From the NCBI GenBank assembly GCA_951406725.2, contig OX597841.1, positions 26,660,001-26,724,000 on the forward strand: DNA of 64,000 nucleotides, given 5' to 3'. Positions 26,658 through 39,564 of the stretch are shown here, piece after piece (the stretch's first letter is position 1; every line of letters starts with the position of its first letter). This DNA comes from Octopus vulgaris. Its lineage: Eukaryota. The notes under the pieces were generated by a model that was not told the DNA's origin, did no database searches, and worked only from the letters and a program-made list of their open reading frames with translations. Both the position numbers and the translations under genes were made by a program.

Positions 26658-27375
26658 GCTGCTACCATTGCTACTACTACTACTACTACTACTACTCACA
26701 GTGGCGCCACGAAGAATATAAACATGATTGTTGCTAACTTCATTACTATAACCACCTCACCACTACAACCATTACCACCGCCATTAGTGTTATCGCCACT
26801 ACCACCGTCGCGACGATCGTCACCACCAAGACTACCACCACCACCACTACAACCACTACAACCACCACCTCCACTACAACCACCACCACCACCTCTACAA
26901 CCACCACCATCATTGTCACTACCATCACTACCACCATCATCATCATTACCATTGCCACCACCCTCACTACCACCACCACCACCACCACCACCACCACCAC
27001 CACAGACATCACCATCATCACTGCCACCACCACTACCACCATTTGGCATTAAAATCACCACCACCACCACCACCACCACCACCACCACTGCTACTACTAT
27101 TACTACCGTCACTGTCCCCACCACCACCACCACCACCACTGCTATTACTACTACTACTACTACTACTACTGCTAATATCATCACCACCATACCATGAACA
27201 CCACCAGACAAATATCAGTAAAGTCTGACCGCTGCTAAAATGACCACCACCGCTACCACTACAGACATGTGTTACGAATCTCCTCCTCCTCCTCCTGCTT
27301 TCTTCGACCCTTTCTCCTCCTCCTCCTTCCCAGCCACCACTGCTCATATGACCACCACCTACAAATTAAATAGGC

Positions 27376-27383
27376 AGATAGAC

Positions 27384-27462
<79 letters not shown>

Positions 27463-27540
27463 AAGGGATAGATAGATAGATAGATAGACATAGATAGATA
27501 GATAGATAGATGGATGGATATATAGATGGATAGATAGATG

Positions 27541-27590
<50 letters not shown>

Positions 27591-27591
27591 C

Positions 27592-27644
<53 letters not shown>

Positions 27645-27666
27645 CATAGATAGATAGGTAGATAGG

Positions 27667-27700
<34 letters not shown>

Positions 27701-27701
27701 C

Positions 27702-27760
<59 letters not shown>
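27376..27760. repeat. (GATA)n microsatellite
   Basis: Directly visible. Confidence 0.95.
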
Positions 27761-28940
27761 TAAAGCTAGATACAAAAATAGATAAAAAGAGAAAGTAGAT
27801 GAGGAAAAAGAGGGAATATAGATAGAGCAAGAGGAAAGTGATGGGGGAAAGGGTGAGGAGTCATGTGGAGAGATGGGAAGAAAAAAAGGGGTGGGGGTGT
27901 ATTTATTTATTTACTTTATTATTATTATGGTGCTTCGTTATGACACCAAATTGGTCAGTAATTGAATGTGGAGTATCTGTATGTTATTAAAGCAATCCTC
28001 GTATCACACGCTGTCTCTGTGACTCTCTCCGGGCACCTGCTGGGGGTGGAGATGAGGGTAAGGTGTGTGTGTGTGTGTGTGGACAGTAGGGGGGAGAGGG
28101 AAGGGGACTAATACAGGGTGATGGAATGGGAGATGGGGATGCAGAGACAAATAGACGGGGGTGGGGAGAAGGAGATGCAAAGACAGAGGGATAGATAGAT
28201 AGATAGAGAGATAGATGGAGGGAGAAAGAAAGGGAGATTGAGTGAGAGAGAGCGAGAGAGACTGACAAAGCGGGACAGAAAGACAGGGAGAGTAGGAATG
28301 AGGAACAGAGCGACAGAGTGAAAATACAGAGAGAGAGAGAGAGAGAAGTATATACAGAAAGAGAGGGCGAGGGAGACTAAGAAAGAGAGACAAGTAGATA
28401 CAGAGAGAGAATGAGACAAACAGATGCATAGAGGGAGAGAGAACTTAGAAAGAGAGACAGAGAGATAGGGAGAGTAAGAATGAGGAATAGAGCGAAAGTC
28501 AAAAGACAGAGAGAGAGAGGGAGAGAGAGAGAAAGTAGATACAGAAAGAGAGAGTGAGAGAAAAGGAGATACACGGAGAGAGAAAGAGGCAAATAGATAC
28601 AGAGAGAGCGAGAGAGACTGAGAAAGAGAGACAAGTAGATACAGAGAGAGAACGAGAGTCAGACAGATGCATAGAGAGAGAGAGAAAGAGAACTGAGAGA
28701 AAAAGAAAGGAAGAAAGTGGGACAAACAGTCCACAGAGAGAGAGATGCATAGTATATAGAGAGAAGGAAGAAAGACGGAAAGAAATATAGCAGATAAGAG
28801 AATCACCAAGGGTGAGAGAAAGAGGAAGGGGGGAAGAAAGTAAGAAATTTCCATAGAGAGAAGGAGGGATAGTGATAAATAGAAGGGGGTGTAAAAAGAA
28901 GGAAAGGGAATAAGGAAACATAACGTAGAGGGGAGACATG

Positions 28941-29079
28941 AAGCCTGCCTCCCAACCACGTGGTTCCCTGTTCAATCCCACTGCGTGGCACCTTGTATGG
29001 GTGTCTTTTACTATAGCCTTTGGCCGACCAAAACCTTGTGAGTGGGTTTGATAGAAGGAAACTGAAAGAAGCCTGTTGT
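28941..29079 (+). mobile_element. SINE family A, diverged head
   Basis: CCAACCACGTGGTTCC..CCCACTGCGTGGCACCTTG..GGAAACTGAAAGAAGCCTG. Confidence 0.8.
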
Positions 29080-29203
29080 ATATATACATATATATATATA
29101 TAGTTAATCCAAACATGAAAACACAAAGAGAAAACACAACAACGCGAGGAGGTGGAACAAATATAGTATTATTGGACGCTCAGGAAAGAAGGGAAGAAGG
29201 AGG

Positions 29204-29238
29204 GTTTAACTTTTCGAGCGGAGCTCTTCGTCGGAAAC
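29204..29238 (-). ncRNA. Variant minimal hammerhead motif within a Penelope-like module (about 29101-29310)
   Basis: Minus strand GTTT [CCGACGA] A GAGC-tcc-GCTC [GAAA] AG [TT] AAAC. Same stem II and same downstream TGAGCGTC..TAATAC as 16018. Confidence 0.55.
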
Positions 29239-29328
29239 ATAGGAGAAGGAAAGATCCAGAGAAGGGAAGACTAAGGGAAAAAAATCGCCAACGGTACACA
29301 CATGGTCAATATATATATTTAAATGCGA

Positions 29329-29500
29329 TCTTTTACTTGTTTCAATCATGAGAGTGCGGCCATGCCGGGGCACCGCCTTGAAGAACTCTTAGTCCAACGA
29401 ATCGACCCCGCTACTTTGTTTTACTTTTAACCTGAGACTTAGCGTGTGGGTGTCTTTTGCCGAACCGAGGATGCAAACAAGCCAACACCTGTTAAGTGGC
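29329..29500 (-). mobile_element. SINE family A, diverged 3' part
   Basis: CTTTTACTTGTTTCAATCA..GCGGCCATGCCGGGGCACCGCCTT..TCTTTTGCCGAACCG. Confidence 0.7.
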
Positions 29501-29804
29501 GGAGGGGGGCACATACATAATACAATAATAATTATATAACACTACAGCTTAATAATAGTCTATTTATATATATATATATATATATCGATATCAGGGTAGC
29601 AAAAAATTCAAGAGAAATTTTTCGCCACCAGCGGTCCAGTGAGAAAGAAAAAATAGTCAACAGACTATATATAATATACATTCAACAATATTAAGGAATG
29701 GCCTTGATAGGCCATTCGACCCACTAGAAAGAGCAACTAAACTCAAACCGCTAAATAGTTGCAATTCAGAAACCAAAGGAAAATAAAAACATTTACCCTT
29801 ATCA

Positions 29805-29902
29805 TCTTTGGACTATGCATAGTTTCGACATACATATTGGCAAACCGATTTAATTAAATTAAATTAAATCTATTTGCCACTGGCCTGTCTCGTCAGCAAA
29901 GA
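29805..29902 (-). ncRNA. Canonical type I hammerhead ribozyme with extended stem II
   Basis: Minus strand TCTTTG [CTGACGA] GACA..TGGCAAA..GATTTAATT..AATTAAATC..TTTGCCA..TGTC [GAAA] CTATGCATAG [TC] CAAAGA: 6-bp stem I, intact core, GUC cleavage triplet (C at 29811). Confidence 0.85.
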
Positions 29903-29910
29903 AGCCAGGG

Positions 29911-29945
<35 letters not shown>

Positions 29946-30014
29946 CACATATATGCACATACACAAGGGAGAGCATTCCAGTAATTATTGCGTGTAGAAT
30001 AAATGTTTGCTATA

Positions 30015-30402
30015 GGGGAAGCACTCCGTCGGTTACGACGATGAGGGTTCCGGTTGATCCGAATCAACGGAACAGCCTGCTCGTGAAATTAACGTGTAAG
30101 TGGCTGAGCACTCCACAGACACGTGTACCCTTAACATAGTTCTAGGGATATTCAGCGTGACACAGAGAGTGACAAGGCCGGCCCTTTGAAATACAGGTAC
30201 AACAGAAGCAGGAAGTAAGAGTGAGAGAAAGTTGTGGTGAAAGAGTACAGCAGGGGTCACCACCAACCCCCTGCCGGAGCCTCTTGGAGCTTTTTAGGTG
30301 TTTTCGCTCAATAAACACTCACAACGCCCGGTCTGGGAATCGAAACCGCGATCCTATGACCGCGAGTCCGCTGCCCTAACCACTGGGCCATTGCGCCTCC
30401 AC
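30015..30402 (-). mobile_element. tRNA-derived SINE, family C, full length
   Basis: Minus strand GTGGAGGCGCAATGGCCCAGTGG (A box), GGTTTCGATTCC (B box), end CGTAACCGACGGAGTGCTTCC. Homologous to 45492 and 54516. Confidence 0.9.
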
Positions 30403-30949
30403 TAAACCACAACTACTACCACCGCTATCACCACCACCACCACCACCACCACCACCACCACACTGCCGCCCACTCCTGCCTACCCAGCCACCACTCAAAG
30501 ACGTCTGTCTCGGTAACATCACTCGCAGGATTCGTCCTGTGTTCATAATAAATTCCGTTTTAAGACTCTTCAAATTTCACCAGATTCGCATCTAACACGA
30601 ACGTCTTTGTCTTTTGTGCTTAAACAAACCCTCGTTAGAACAACACATACAAAGTGGGTGGGACCTGTTGTTGGTCTTGTGTGTTGTGTATGTAAATATA
30701 TACGTATGTAGGTATGAAATATATATATTTGTGTATATATATATAATCTTTTCGCGTACACACACACATAAATATTTAATACGATTTTGTCTGTCTGTTT
30801 CTATATCTATATATATATATAGATAGATACATAGAAACACACACACACATATATGTATATGTAATGTATAACTGTATCTATGTGTGAAAATACATATATA
30901 TTTGTAACGTATATGTCAAATATATATAATTGTGTATGTGCGTGTATGC

Positions 30950-31008
<59 letters not shown>

Positions 31009-31130
31009 GATATCATATATACATATGGAGAAAATATTTGTTTGTAATGAATATTTAATATATATACACAGACATATATATTCATATACATACATATGTA
31101 TATATATGTATACACATACACTATATATAT

Positions 31131-31192
<62 letters not shown>

Positions 31193-31196
31193 GCGC

Positions 31197-31610
31197 GCGC
31201 AGGAATGGCTTGCTTAGCAACCACATGGTTCCGGATTCATTCCCACTGCGTGGTACCTTGGGCAAGTGTCTTCTACTATAGCCTCGGGTCGACCAAAGCC
31301 TTGTCAGTGGATTTGGTAGACGGAAACTGTAAGAAGCCCGTCGTATATATGTATATACATGGTTGTGTGTATATGTTGCATGTATATGTATATGTTGTGT
31401 GTATATGTTACATGGTTGCATGTCTGTGTTTGTCTCCCCAACATCGCTTGACAACCGATGGTGGTGTTTACGTCCCCGTAACCTAGCGGTTCGGCTTAAG
31501 AGACCAATAGAATAAGTTCTTAGAATAAGTCCTGGGCTCGATTTGCGCGACTAAAGGCGGTGCTCTAGCATGGCCGCAGTCAAATGAATGAAGCAAGTAA
31601 AAGAATAAAA
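31197..31610 (+). mobile_element. SINE family A, near full length
   Basis: Head, body and tail recognisable. Confidence 0.88.
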
Positions 31611-31634
31611 AAGAAGAGAATATATATATATATA

Positions 31635-31861
31635 TACTCTTTTTACTCTCTTTTACTCTTTTACTTGTTTCAGTCATTTGACTGTGGCCATGCTGGAGCA
31701 CCGCCTTTAATCGAGCAACTCGACCCCGGGACTTATTCTTTGTAAGCCCAGTCATTATTCTATCGGTCCATTTTGCCGAACCGCTAAGTGACGTGGACGT
31801 AAACACAACAGCATTGGTTGTCAAGCAATGCTAGGGGGACAAACACACACACACAAACACA

Positions 31862-31933
<72 letters not shown>

Positions 31934-32099
31934 TACATATATACGGCAGGCTTCATTCAGTTTCCGTCTACCAAATCCATTCACAAGGCATTGGTCGGCC
32001 CGGGGCTATAGTAGAAGACACTTGGCCAAGATGCCACACAGTGGGACTGAACCCGGAACCATGTGGTTGGTTAGCAAGCTACTTACCACACAGCCACTC

Positions 32100-32100
<1 letters not shown>
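31635..32100 (-). mobile_element. SINE family A, full length, tail-to-tail with the previous copy
   Basis: Head, body and tail recognisable. Confidence 0.9.
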
Positions 32101-32193
<93 letters not shown>

Positions 32194-32959
32194 ATATATA
32201 TATTTGTATGTATGTATATATACATATATCGAAATATGAATATGCGCCCTCTTAAGTCATGATCTACAGTACTTTACATAACTGGTACTGTCCAAAAGCC
32301 ATCATCACAACCGTGTGACCACTACTGCCACCTTTGCCGCCGGCGGTTCTCTAAAATTACCCCCATTTTTCATGTTTCACCCCTCCCAACTTTTTTCCTA
32401 GCCAAGCATCACAATCCTCAGTCGTTTTACTACACCCGCTCTAAGCCACCACCCCCACCCCCAACACGTCCACCGACTAACCCCCAACTTGCACACCTAC
32501 ATATCTACCTACCTACCTACCTACCTACCTACCTACCTACCTACCTTCGAAGACATCGCGGTTCAAGAAAGTTCTTACGGAATACGTAACGCATCTTTTT
32601 ATCTTACCATCAAAGGCCATGCTTCCATTACGTTCTTGGAGAATTCTATAACGACAGACAGCTTGAACAGAGGACAGAATTAGATCTAATTTCGAACGAG
32701 TCTTTGTGTATTTTTACGGAAAATGGTTGTGGTGTGTGTGTGGGGGGGGTGAGGGGTGGAGGGTGGCGCTAGTTTTCTCTGTGGTGATAGAATTGGTTTC
32801 ATAGATATTTGTCATGTGATTAGACCGACCAATACTTGCGTTTAAATTTCATCTTCATTATGTATATATGTATGTACATGCTTTAATACATAGACATATG
32901 TACATACACACACACACATCTATATATGTATATATATATATATATATATATAATAATAA

Positions 32960-33078
32960 TAAATATTAGGGAATAAATCCAAAATTACAGGGAAAAAAAT
33001 CAGATTTAGGATTAAATCCAATTTTATAGTAAAATATTATAAAATATTATTAGAGACAAAACCACTATTTTGCAAAAT
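32960..33078. mobile_element. (TA)n-associated repeat fragment; second copy at 37558-37720
   Basis: TAAATATTAGGGAATAAATCCAAA.TTACAGGGAAAAA..TCAGATTTAGGATT.AATCCAATTTT is shared and both start at (TA)n. The second copy has the ATTAGAGACAAAAC segment inverted. Confidence 0.65.
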
Positions 33079-33209
33079 ATATATACACTTACGCACGCAG
33101 ACAAACATCTATCTATCTACATATATACATATATATATATATGTATATATATAATATACATATAATATACATATGTACTTAAGTACGCACACAAACAGCT
33201 ATCTATCTA

Positions 33210-33260
<51 letters not shown>

Positions 33261-33417
33261 CATATGTACATACACACGCATGCGCATATATACGTACACA
33301 TATATACATAAATGTACATACATTTATATATATATATATGCTCTCATAATTATATATGCATACACATATAGATATATACGTATAAATGTGTAAGCGCAAG
33401 TATGCGCACTTGCTTGT

Positions 33418-33555
33418 TGGTGTGGTAAGATGCTTGCTTCCCTACCAAATGGTTCTGGGTTCAGTCCCACTGCATGGCACCTTGGGCAATTGTCTCGGGC
33501 CAACCGAATCGTTGTGAGTGGATTTAGTAGACGGAAACTGAAAGAAGCCTGTCGT
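33418..33555 (+). mobile_element. SINE family A, diverged head
   Basis: GGTTCAGTCCCACTGCATGGCACCTTGGGCAA..GGAAACTGAAAGAAGCCTGTCG. Confidence 0.8.
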
Positions 33556-33571
33556 ATGTGAATATGTGTGA

Positions 33572-33640
<69 letters not shown>

Positions 33641-33644
33641 ATAA

Positions 33645-33676
<32 letters not shown>

Positions 33677-33771
33677 ATATGTATGTATGTATATATGCAT
33701 GTGTGTATATATGTATATATGTATATATATATATATGTATGTATATATGTATATATATATATATATATATG

Positions 33772-33820
<49 letters not shown>

Positions 33821-34024
33821 TTTTACTGTTTCAGTCATGTGACTGCTGCTATGTTTTATGGTTTGTTATTGTTTATATTCTGAAGTGCATGTATATGGGA
33901 GGCACCAGAATCTTTTGAGTACTTAGGGCCTCTATGGGTCTTAATCCGGCCCTACTGATACAGTATCTTTAGCAAGCTTTTCACACATACAAGACGAGAT
34001 CTCAATCCATAGAATACAATAACG

Positions 34025-34145
34025 GGGCTCCGGCAGGGTGGTGGTGGCGATCCCTGCTGTACTCTTTCGCCACAATTTTCTCTCACTCTTTCTTCTGTTG
34101 GCCTGCTCGCTTAGCCATCGGGGTGGCGTCATTTGAAGGCTAAAA
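34025..34145 (+). mobile_element. Fragment related to SINE family C
   Basis: GGCTCCGGCAGGG..GGTGGCGATCCCTGCTGTACTCTTTCGCCACAATTTTCTCTCACTCTT matches 54637-54700. Confidence 0.7.
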
Positions 34146-34259
34146 TGAATCCACCCGACCAATTCCTATGAAGTGGTTTACCAACATCTTTTCATCTTCG
34201 GCCTACCGACCTATAATCTGCTCTTTTATCTCATCTCTATATATTCTAATCCCCTCTAA

Positions 34260-34456
34260 CCCTTCAGCAGTTAGATGTAATCATATTGTTTTGAATTAAT
34301 CTGCATTATCTCATAGGTTTGAGATTTCGATGATGTGATTGTTTACTTATTAGAATGAAATTGTTGGGTTGGTGTGAGAGGTTGGATCTGGATAGTCTGA
34401 ATATAAAAACAAGCAGTACATTTGAGGTGGATACGGCCAATTTAAATACAAAAGGA
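34260..34456. mobile_element. Degenerate piggyBac-like MITE
   Basis: CTAA|CCCTTCAGCAGTTAGA ... TTTAAATACAAAAGGA|TTAA: decayed CCCTTTAGCA-type TIRs with TTAA-like target sites. Confidence 0.5.
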
Positions 34457-35006
34457 TTAATTTGATCCAGGTTAATCTAATCCTGACTAATCTCATCTTT
34501 CTAATTTCATCCATCTAAGGTAATCAATGTGATCTGATATACCCATCCATCTATGCTTCTGTGTGTTTATTTGTCTATATCCATATATCTAATCTATCTG
34601 TCTTATCGGTCTATCTATCCATCAATCCATCCATCCATCTGTTAATCTCTTCTTCAATTTGTCTATCTTTCTGTCCATCAATGTTCTTTATCCATTTATC
34701 AGTTTATACATTCATCCTTCTATACGTTAATCCACCCATCTGTTTGTAAGTCTATCGATCTATCCTTCAATCCATCCATAGGTCTAGTTATTTATGGATC
34801 CATCCAAATATACATCTATTAGTCTATCCATCCATCTATCTCTTAATCCACTCATCCATTTATCTGTTAATCCACCCATCCATTTATAGATTTATTTATC
34901 AATCTATCTTTCTGTCCATCCATCTACCGTATTTCGACCCATCCATCCGTCCACCTCGCTAATCCAATCTAATCGATCAATCTATTTAATCTTACCTAAA
35001 CTCTTA

Positions 35007-35172
35007 GGTGCAGGAGTGGCTGTGTGGTAAGTAGCTTGCTAACCAACCACATGGTCCCGGCTTCAGTTCCACTGTGTGGCACCTTGGGCAAGTGTCTTCT
35101 TCTATAGCCTCGGGACGACCAAAGTCTTGTGAGTGGATTTGGTAGACGGAAACTGAAAGAAGCCTGTCGTAT
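35007..35172 (+). mobile_element. SINE family A, head only
   Basis: Matches the family head and ends at the internal (TA)n. Confidence 0.88.
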
Positions 35173-35745
35173 ATATGTATATACCACTTCCTTTGATGCC
35201 CCGTATTTTGCTTAATGGTTAATCCAGCGCTGTGTTTCAGGCGTAAATGTATTCGTAATGGGTAAGCTGGCCTCTGTTCCATTTTGAAACTCTTCTGAGC
35301 CTCATTAAGAATCAGGAGTGGGTGGCAGCCGAAGTAACTAAAATCTGGCTTCTGATGAAGACATTTGCTCTTCCTTATGAAAACCGTGTTGGACATTCAG
35401 AAGAGGCTTTCACTCAAAGAAGTCCTGTCACAGTTACGGACGACCATTTTCGAGAAGAGGGTCGCAACACACATGGCTGACAATGAGGTGTGCCGCACTA
35501 CTCAGACACTACATTCTTTTTTTTACATGTTTCAGTCATTTAACTGTGGCCATGCTGGAGCACGAACTTTTTCATCATTTTATCTCTCTCTCGCTCTGTC
35601 TATCTTTCTCTCTGTCTCTCTATATCTATCTGTGTGAGCATGTGTATATATACATACTACTGTGCATACATATGCATATACGAATAGTTGTCAATAAACG
35701 CACAAACATAGATGCATACATCCACACATACATATACACATAAAT

Positions 35746-35829
<84 letters not shown>

Positions 35830-35833
<4 letters not shown>

Positions 35834-36047
35834 ATTGGTGCATAATTATTGCTGCCCTTTTTCAACTAATTTTCTTCAACAAAAACGTAGTTAAATGATT
35901 ATTCCGGAGCATATTCACCATCTACTTCAATTACTGCTTCCCATTTGCGTGGCACACAGTCACTTAAAGATGCTTTTGTTAAATATTGTTATTGTTGAAT
36001 AAAATTTATTGAAAAAAAAAATCCGCATTATTTATGCACCAAACCAG
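35830..36047 (-). mobile_element. Internally deleted mariner element (MITE)
   Basis: TA-flanked TIRs TAGGATTGGTGCATAATTATTGC / GCATTATTTATGCACCAAACCAG. Minus strand retains the transposase C-terminus KWEAVIEVDGEYAPE*. Confidence 0.8.
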
Positions 36048-36332
36048 TACATATATAGATGCATGTGTGTGTATATATATAAAAATATATACGCACGAGT
36101 ATGTTTAATAAGTATATACTTTCATATCATTACATTCAGATGCATACACACACACACACACACATGCAGTCTGATTACCTATATGCACGCACGCACACAC
36201 ACACACACAATCACACGCTTATATATGTGAACTACACACATACGATTGTGCGTGTGTATATATGTGCATGTGTATTTATGCACGCGTATGTATGTGAATA
36301 TGTATGTATATATATGTGTGTGCGTGTATGTA

Positions 36333-36368
<36 letters not shown>

Positions 36369-36392
36369 GATATATGTGCGTGCTTATGTGTT

Positions 36393-36453
<61 letters not shown>

Positions 36454-36462
36454 TATATTGTA

Positions 36463-36493
<31 letters not shown>

Positions 36494-36504
36494 GCTATAT
36501 TGTA

Positions 36505-36541
<37 letters not shown>

Positions 36542-36995
36542 GCTATATGCTATATTGTGTGTGTGTGTATATATATATATATATGCTATATTGTATGTGT
36601 GTGTATATATATATATATATATAATCTATATATACATGGTTGACGGTGTGAATGATGTCTTGGAAAGATGAATTGAAAGGATAGAAAAAAAATCCCGAAA
36701 CCAGTAAGATGTGGGTGGTTGGGGGGTGAAGGGACCAAAAACTCCTCCCCCGACCCCCGCCCACCCCAACCGGCTGTCACTCCCTGTCATGCCATTATCA
36801 CCATCATCACGTGGCCCCTAGTCTCATTCCATCACTGCGCTGGCACATCATTATCTAGCTTCGCCATTAATACAACCCCTGTTGTCCCAGGATCTCATTT
36901 TTTTTCCTTCTCATTTTTGTTTCCGTTGTCAGCGTGTGTTGTGGTGTTGGTATGACGGTAGGGGCTTGCTAGTTTTGGGGTGTTTTGTGTATACT

Positions 36996-37043
<48 letters not shown>

Positions 37044-37085
37044 TTATATCTGTACAGTTAAATGCATACACACAAATGTATTTTG

Positions 37086-37131
<46 letters not shown>

Positions 37132-37261
37132 GACACAGCCATTTCAAATCTCTGAGCGAGAGGTAGACAGTAACAATGCGGAATCATCGTAAAATATATT
37201 TGTCAACTGAATATGGCGGTCTCATAGAGGACGATGCTACTGTTGTTTTTTGCCCCAAGAA

Positions 37262-37338
<77 letters not shown>

Positions 37339-37383
37339 TACATATCTCCTCTCTCGTGTGTGTGTGTATATATATACATATAT

Positions 37384-37418
<35 letters not shown>

Positions 37419-37518
37419 TACACAGATATATATATTTATATATATATATATATATATCTGTTACAAATCTACCTATCTATATATGGTGTGTGATTGTCTT
37501 CGGATTTATGATTTGCTC

Positions 37519-37559
<41 letters not shown>

Positions 37560-37719
37560 AATATTAGGGAATAAATCCAAACTTACAGGGAAAAATCAGA
37601 TTTAGGATTGAATCCAATTTTTGTTACATATTTAAATAATATAAATTAATCATATGTATTGGCTTAAGTTTTTCATTGTTTGATTTGCCTAATAGTCGTT
37701 TTGTCTCTAATTTAATATA

Positions 37720-37751
<32 letters not shown>

Positions 37752-37790
37752 GTAGACACACACACACACACACAGAAAGAGAGAGAGAGA

Positions 37791-37950
37791 GGCATGGCTG
37801 TGTGTTTACATCCCCATTACTTAGTGGTTCACCCTAAGTATCGATAGAATAAGTACCAGGCTTCCATAAGTACTGGGGACGATCATCTAAAAGTTCTTCA
37901 GGGCGGTGCCCCAGAATGGCCGCAGTCTAATGACTGCAATAAATAAAAGA
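37791..37950 (+). mobile_element. SINE family A, heavily deleted
   Basis: GGCATGGCTGTGTG fused to TGTTTACATCCCC..GATAGAATAAGTACCAGG..TGGCCGCAGTCTAATGACTG. Confidence 0.7.
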
Positions 37951-37961
37951 TAATATATATA

Positions 37962-38549
37962 CTGGGTGCCCCATAGTAAAACAGATCCCATAATAAAACA
38001 GAACCTACCAAGGTCCAGCAACTTTCTTGAAATTTGCTGATCTTAAATTTCTGTCTTTGTACGATCATTCCCTTTGCATATAAGTCACGTTCTTTTCAAA
38101 ATATGCTCCAAATGGCATACGTCGCTCAAACGCTTTCATACGTCGCTCAAACGCTTTCATACGTCGCTCAAACGCTTTCATACGTCGCGCAAAATTGTCG
38201 ATTACTCGAACACAATAGTCTTTAGGGATTTCCCTGATTTCTGCTGTGATTACTGCCTTCACTTAACCATTCATTTGAGGGTTATTCTGGTAAACATTAT
38301 CCTTGAGATAACCCCTACAGATAAAAATCTAGGCGGGGTCCCAGTCCGGTGAATGCGATGCCCACTCAGCGTCACACTTCTTGCTGATCAGTCTCACCTG
38401 AAATCGCTCTCTCAGCCAGGTTAGGGAGTAATTTTATGTTCGGGGTTGCCTCGTATTGCTGGAACCACTGTTCATCTCGATCTATCGTTTTATTGAAACA
38501 GTTTTATTCAAATATTTGTGTGTTTTGTTTAATTTGGTGGGTCACCCTA
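37962..38549 (-). mobile_element. Decayed Tc1/mariner transposon with transposase C-terminal remnant
   Basis: Minus-strand pieces WFQQYEATP, WLRERFQVRLISKKCDAEWASHSPD, GYLKDNVYQNNP, KAVITAEIREIPKDYCVRVIDNFARRM. Degenerate TA-flanked TIRs CTGGGTGCCCCA / TGGGTCACCCTA. Frameshifts and stops present. Confidence 0.85.
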
Positions 38550-38571
38550 TATATATATATATATATATATA

Positions 38572-38798
38572 TTTCTTTTCTGCCCACAAGAGGCTAAACA
38601 TAGAGGGGACAAACAAGGACAGACGAAGGGATTAAGTCGATTATATCGCCCCCAGTGCGAAACTGGTACTTTATTTATCGACCCCGAAAGGATGAAAGGC
38701 AAAGTTGACCTCGGCGGAATTTGAACTCAGAACGCAACAACAGACGACATACCGCTAAGCATTTCGCCCGGCGCGCTAACGTGTCTGCCAGCCCGCCT
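38572..38798 (-). mobile_element. SINE family B monomer
   Basis: Complete unit from TTTCTTT..CCCACAAG to GCTAACGTGTCTGCCAGCCCGCC. Confidence 0.88.
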
Positions 38799-38844
<46 letters not shown>

Positions 38845-39424
38845 GTAGTAATGGTAAGACAACAGAAGAATGAATGAGACCTCGATATTATGTCGTAAAT
38901 AGAGGAATTTATCTGTAATATAATATGGGACAATCATTCGGTTGCCATAATAAATCTCCGAATTTCGGATGTCGGGGTGGTGTCTTAATAACTGAAGAAA
39001 TGCCGGAGCAGAAACTATACAAACGCATACCTGTAAATTTGTGGGTGACGAGAATTAGGAATGGTCAGAAATAGAACACGACCACAAGATCAACAGAAGC
39101 TACATCTTCAGCATGAAAGACAACAACAACAATAACGAGACTAAAATATGAAATATGAAATATATATATAAATATATACAAACCTCCCGAGAAAATTATT
39201 TAAACACCGAAAAAAAACCCCAAGTTTTACAAGTAAACATGGAAAATAAATATGGCTGACAAATAAACCAAAGATTTGTATATAACGCTACGACCAATAT
39301 CACAGACGTGCGTGTGTGTTTATGTGCGCGCGCGCGTGTATAGATATAGATATATATATAGAAATATGCGTCTATTTACTCCCTTGTCCATTTGTCTATC
39401 TTTCCATCTGTTTGACTGTCTGCA

Positions 39425-39425
<1 letters not shown>

Positions 39426-39504
<79 letters not shown>

Positions 39505-39522
39505 ATCTATCTATCATCTATC

Positions 39523-39564
<42 letters not shown>

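Noticed and set aside
24025-27347. Thr-, Val-, Pro- and Gly-rich mucin-like ORFs
   Set aside because: Trinucleotide low-complexity DNA open in several frames on both strands, with no splice or domain evidence.
35370-35410. CTGATGAAGAC as a further hammerhead core
   Set aside because: No complementary stem II followed by GAAA, and no closing stem I.
38990-39020. CTGAAGA..TGC-CGGA-GCA-GAAA hammerhead-like string
   Set aside because: Stems I and III do not pair convincingly, so it may be chance.
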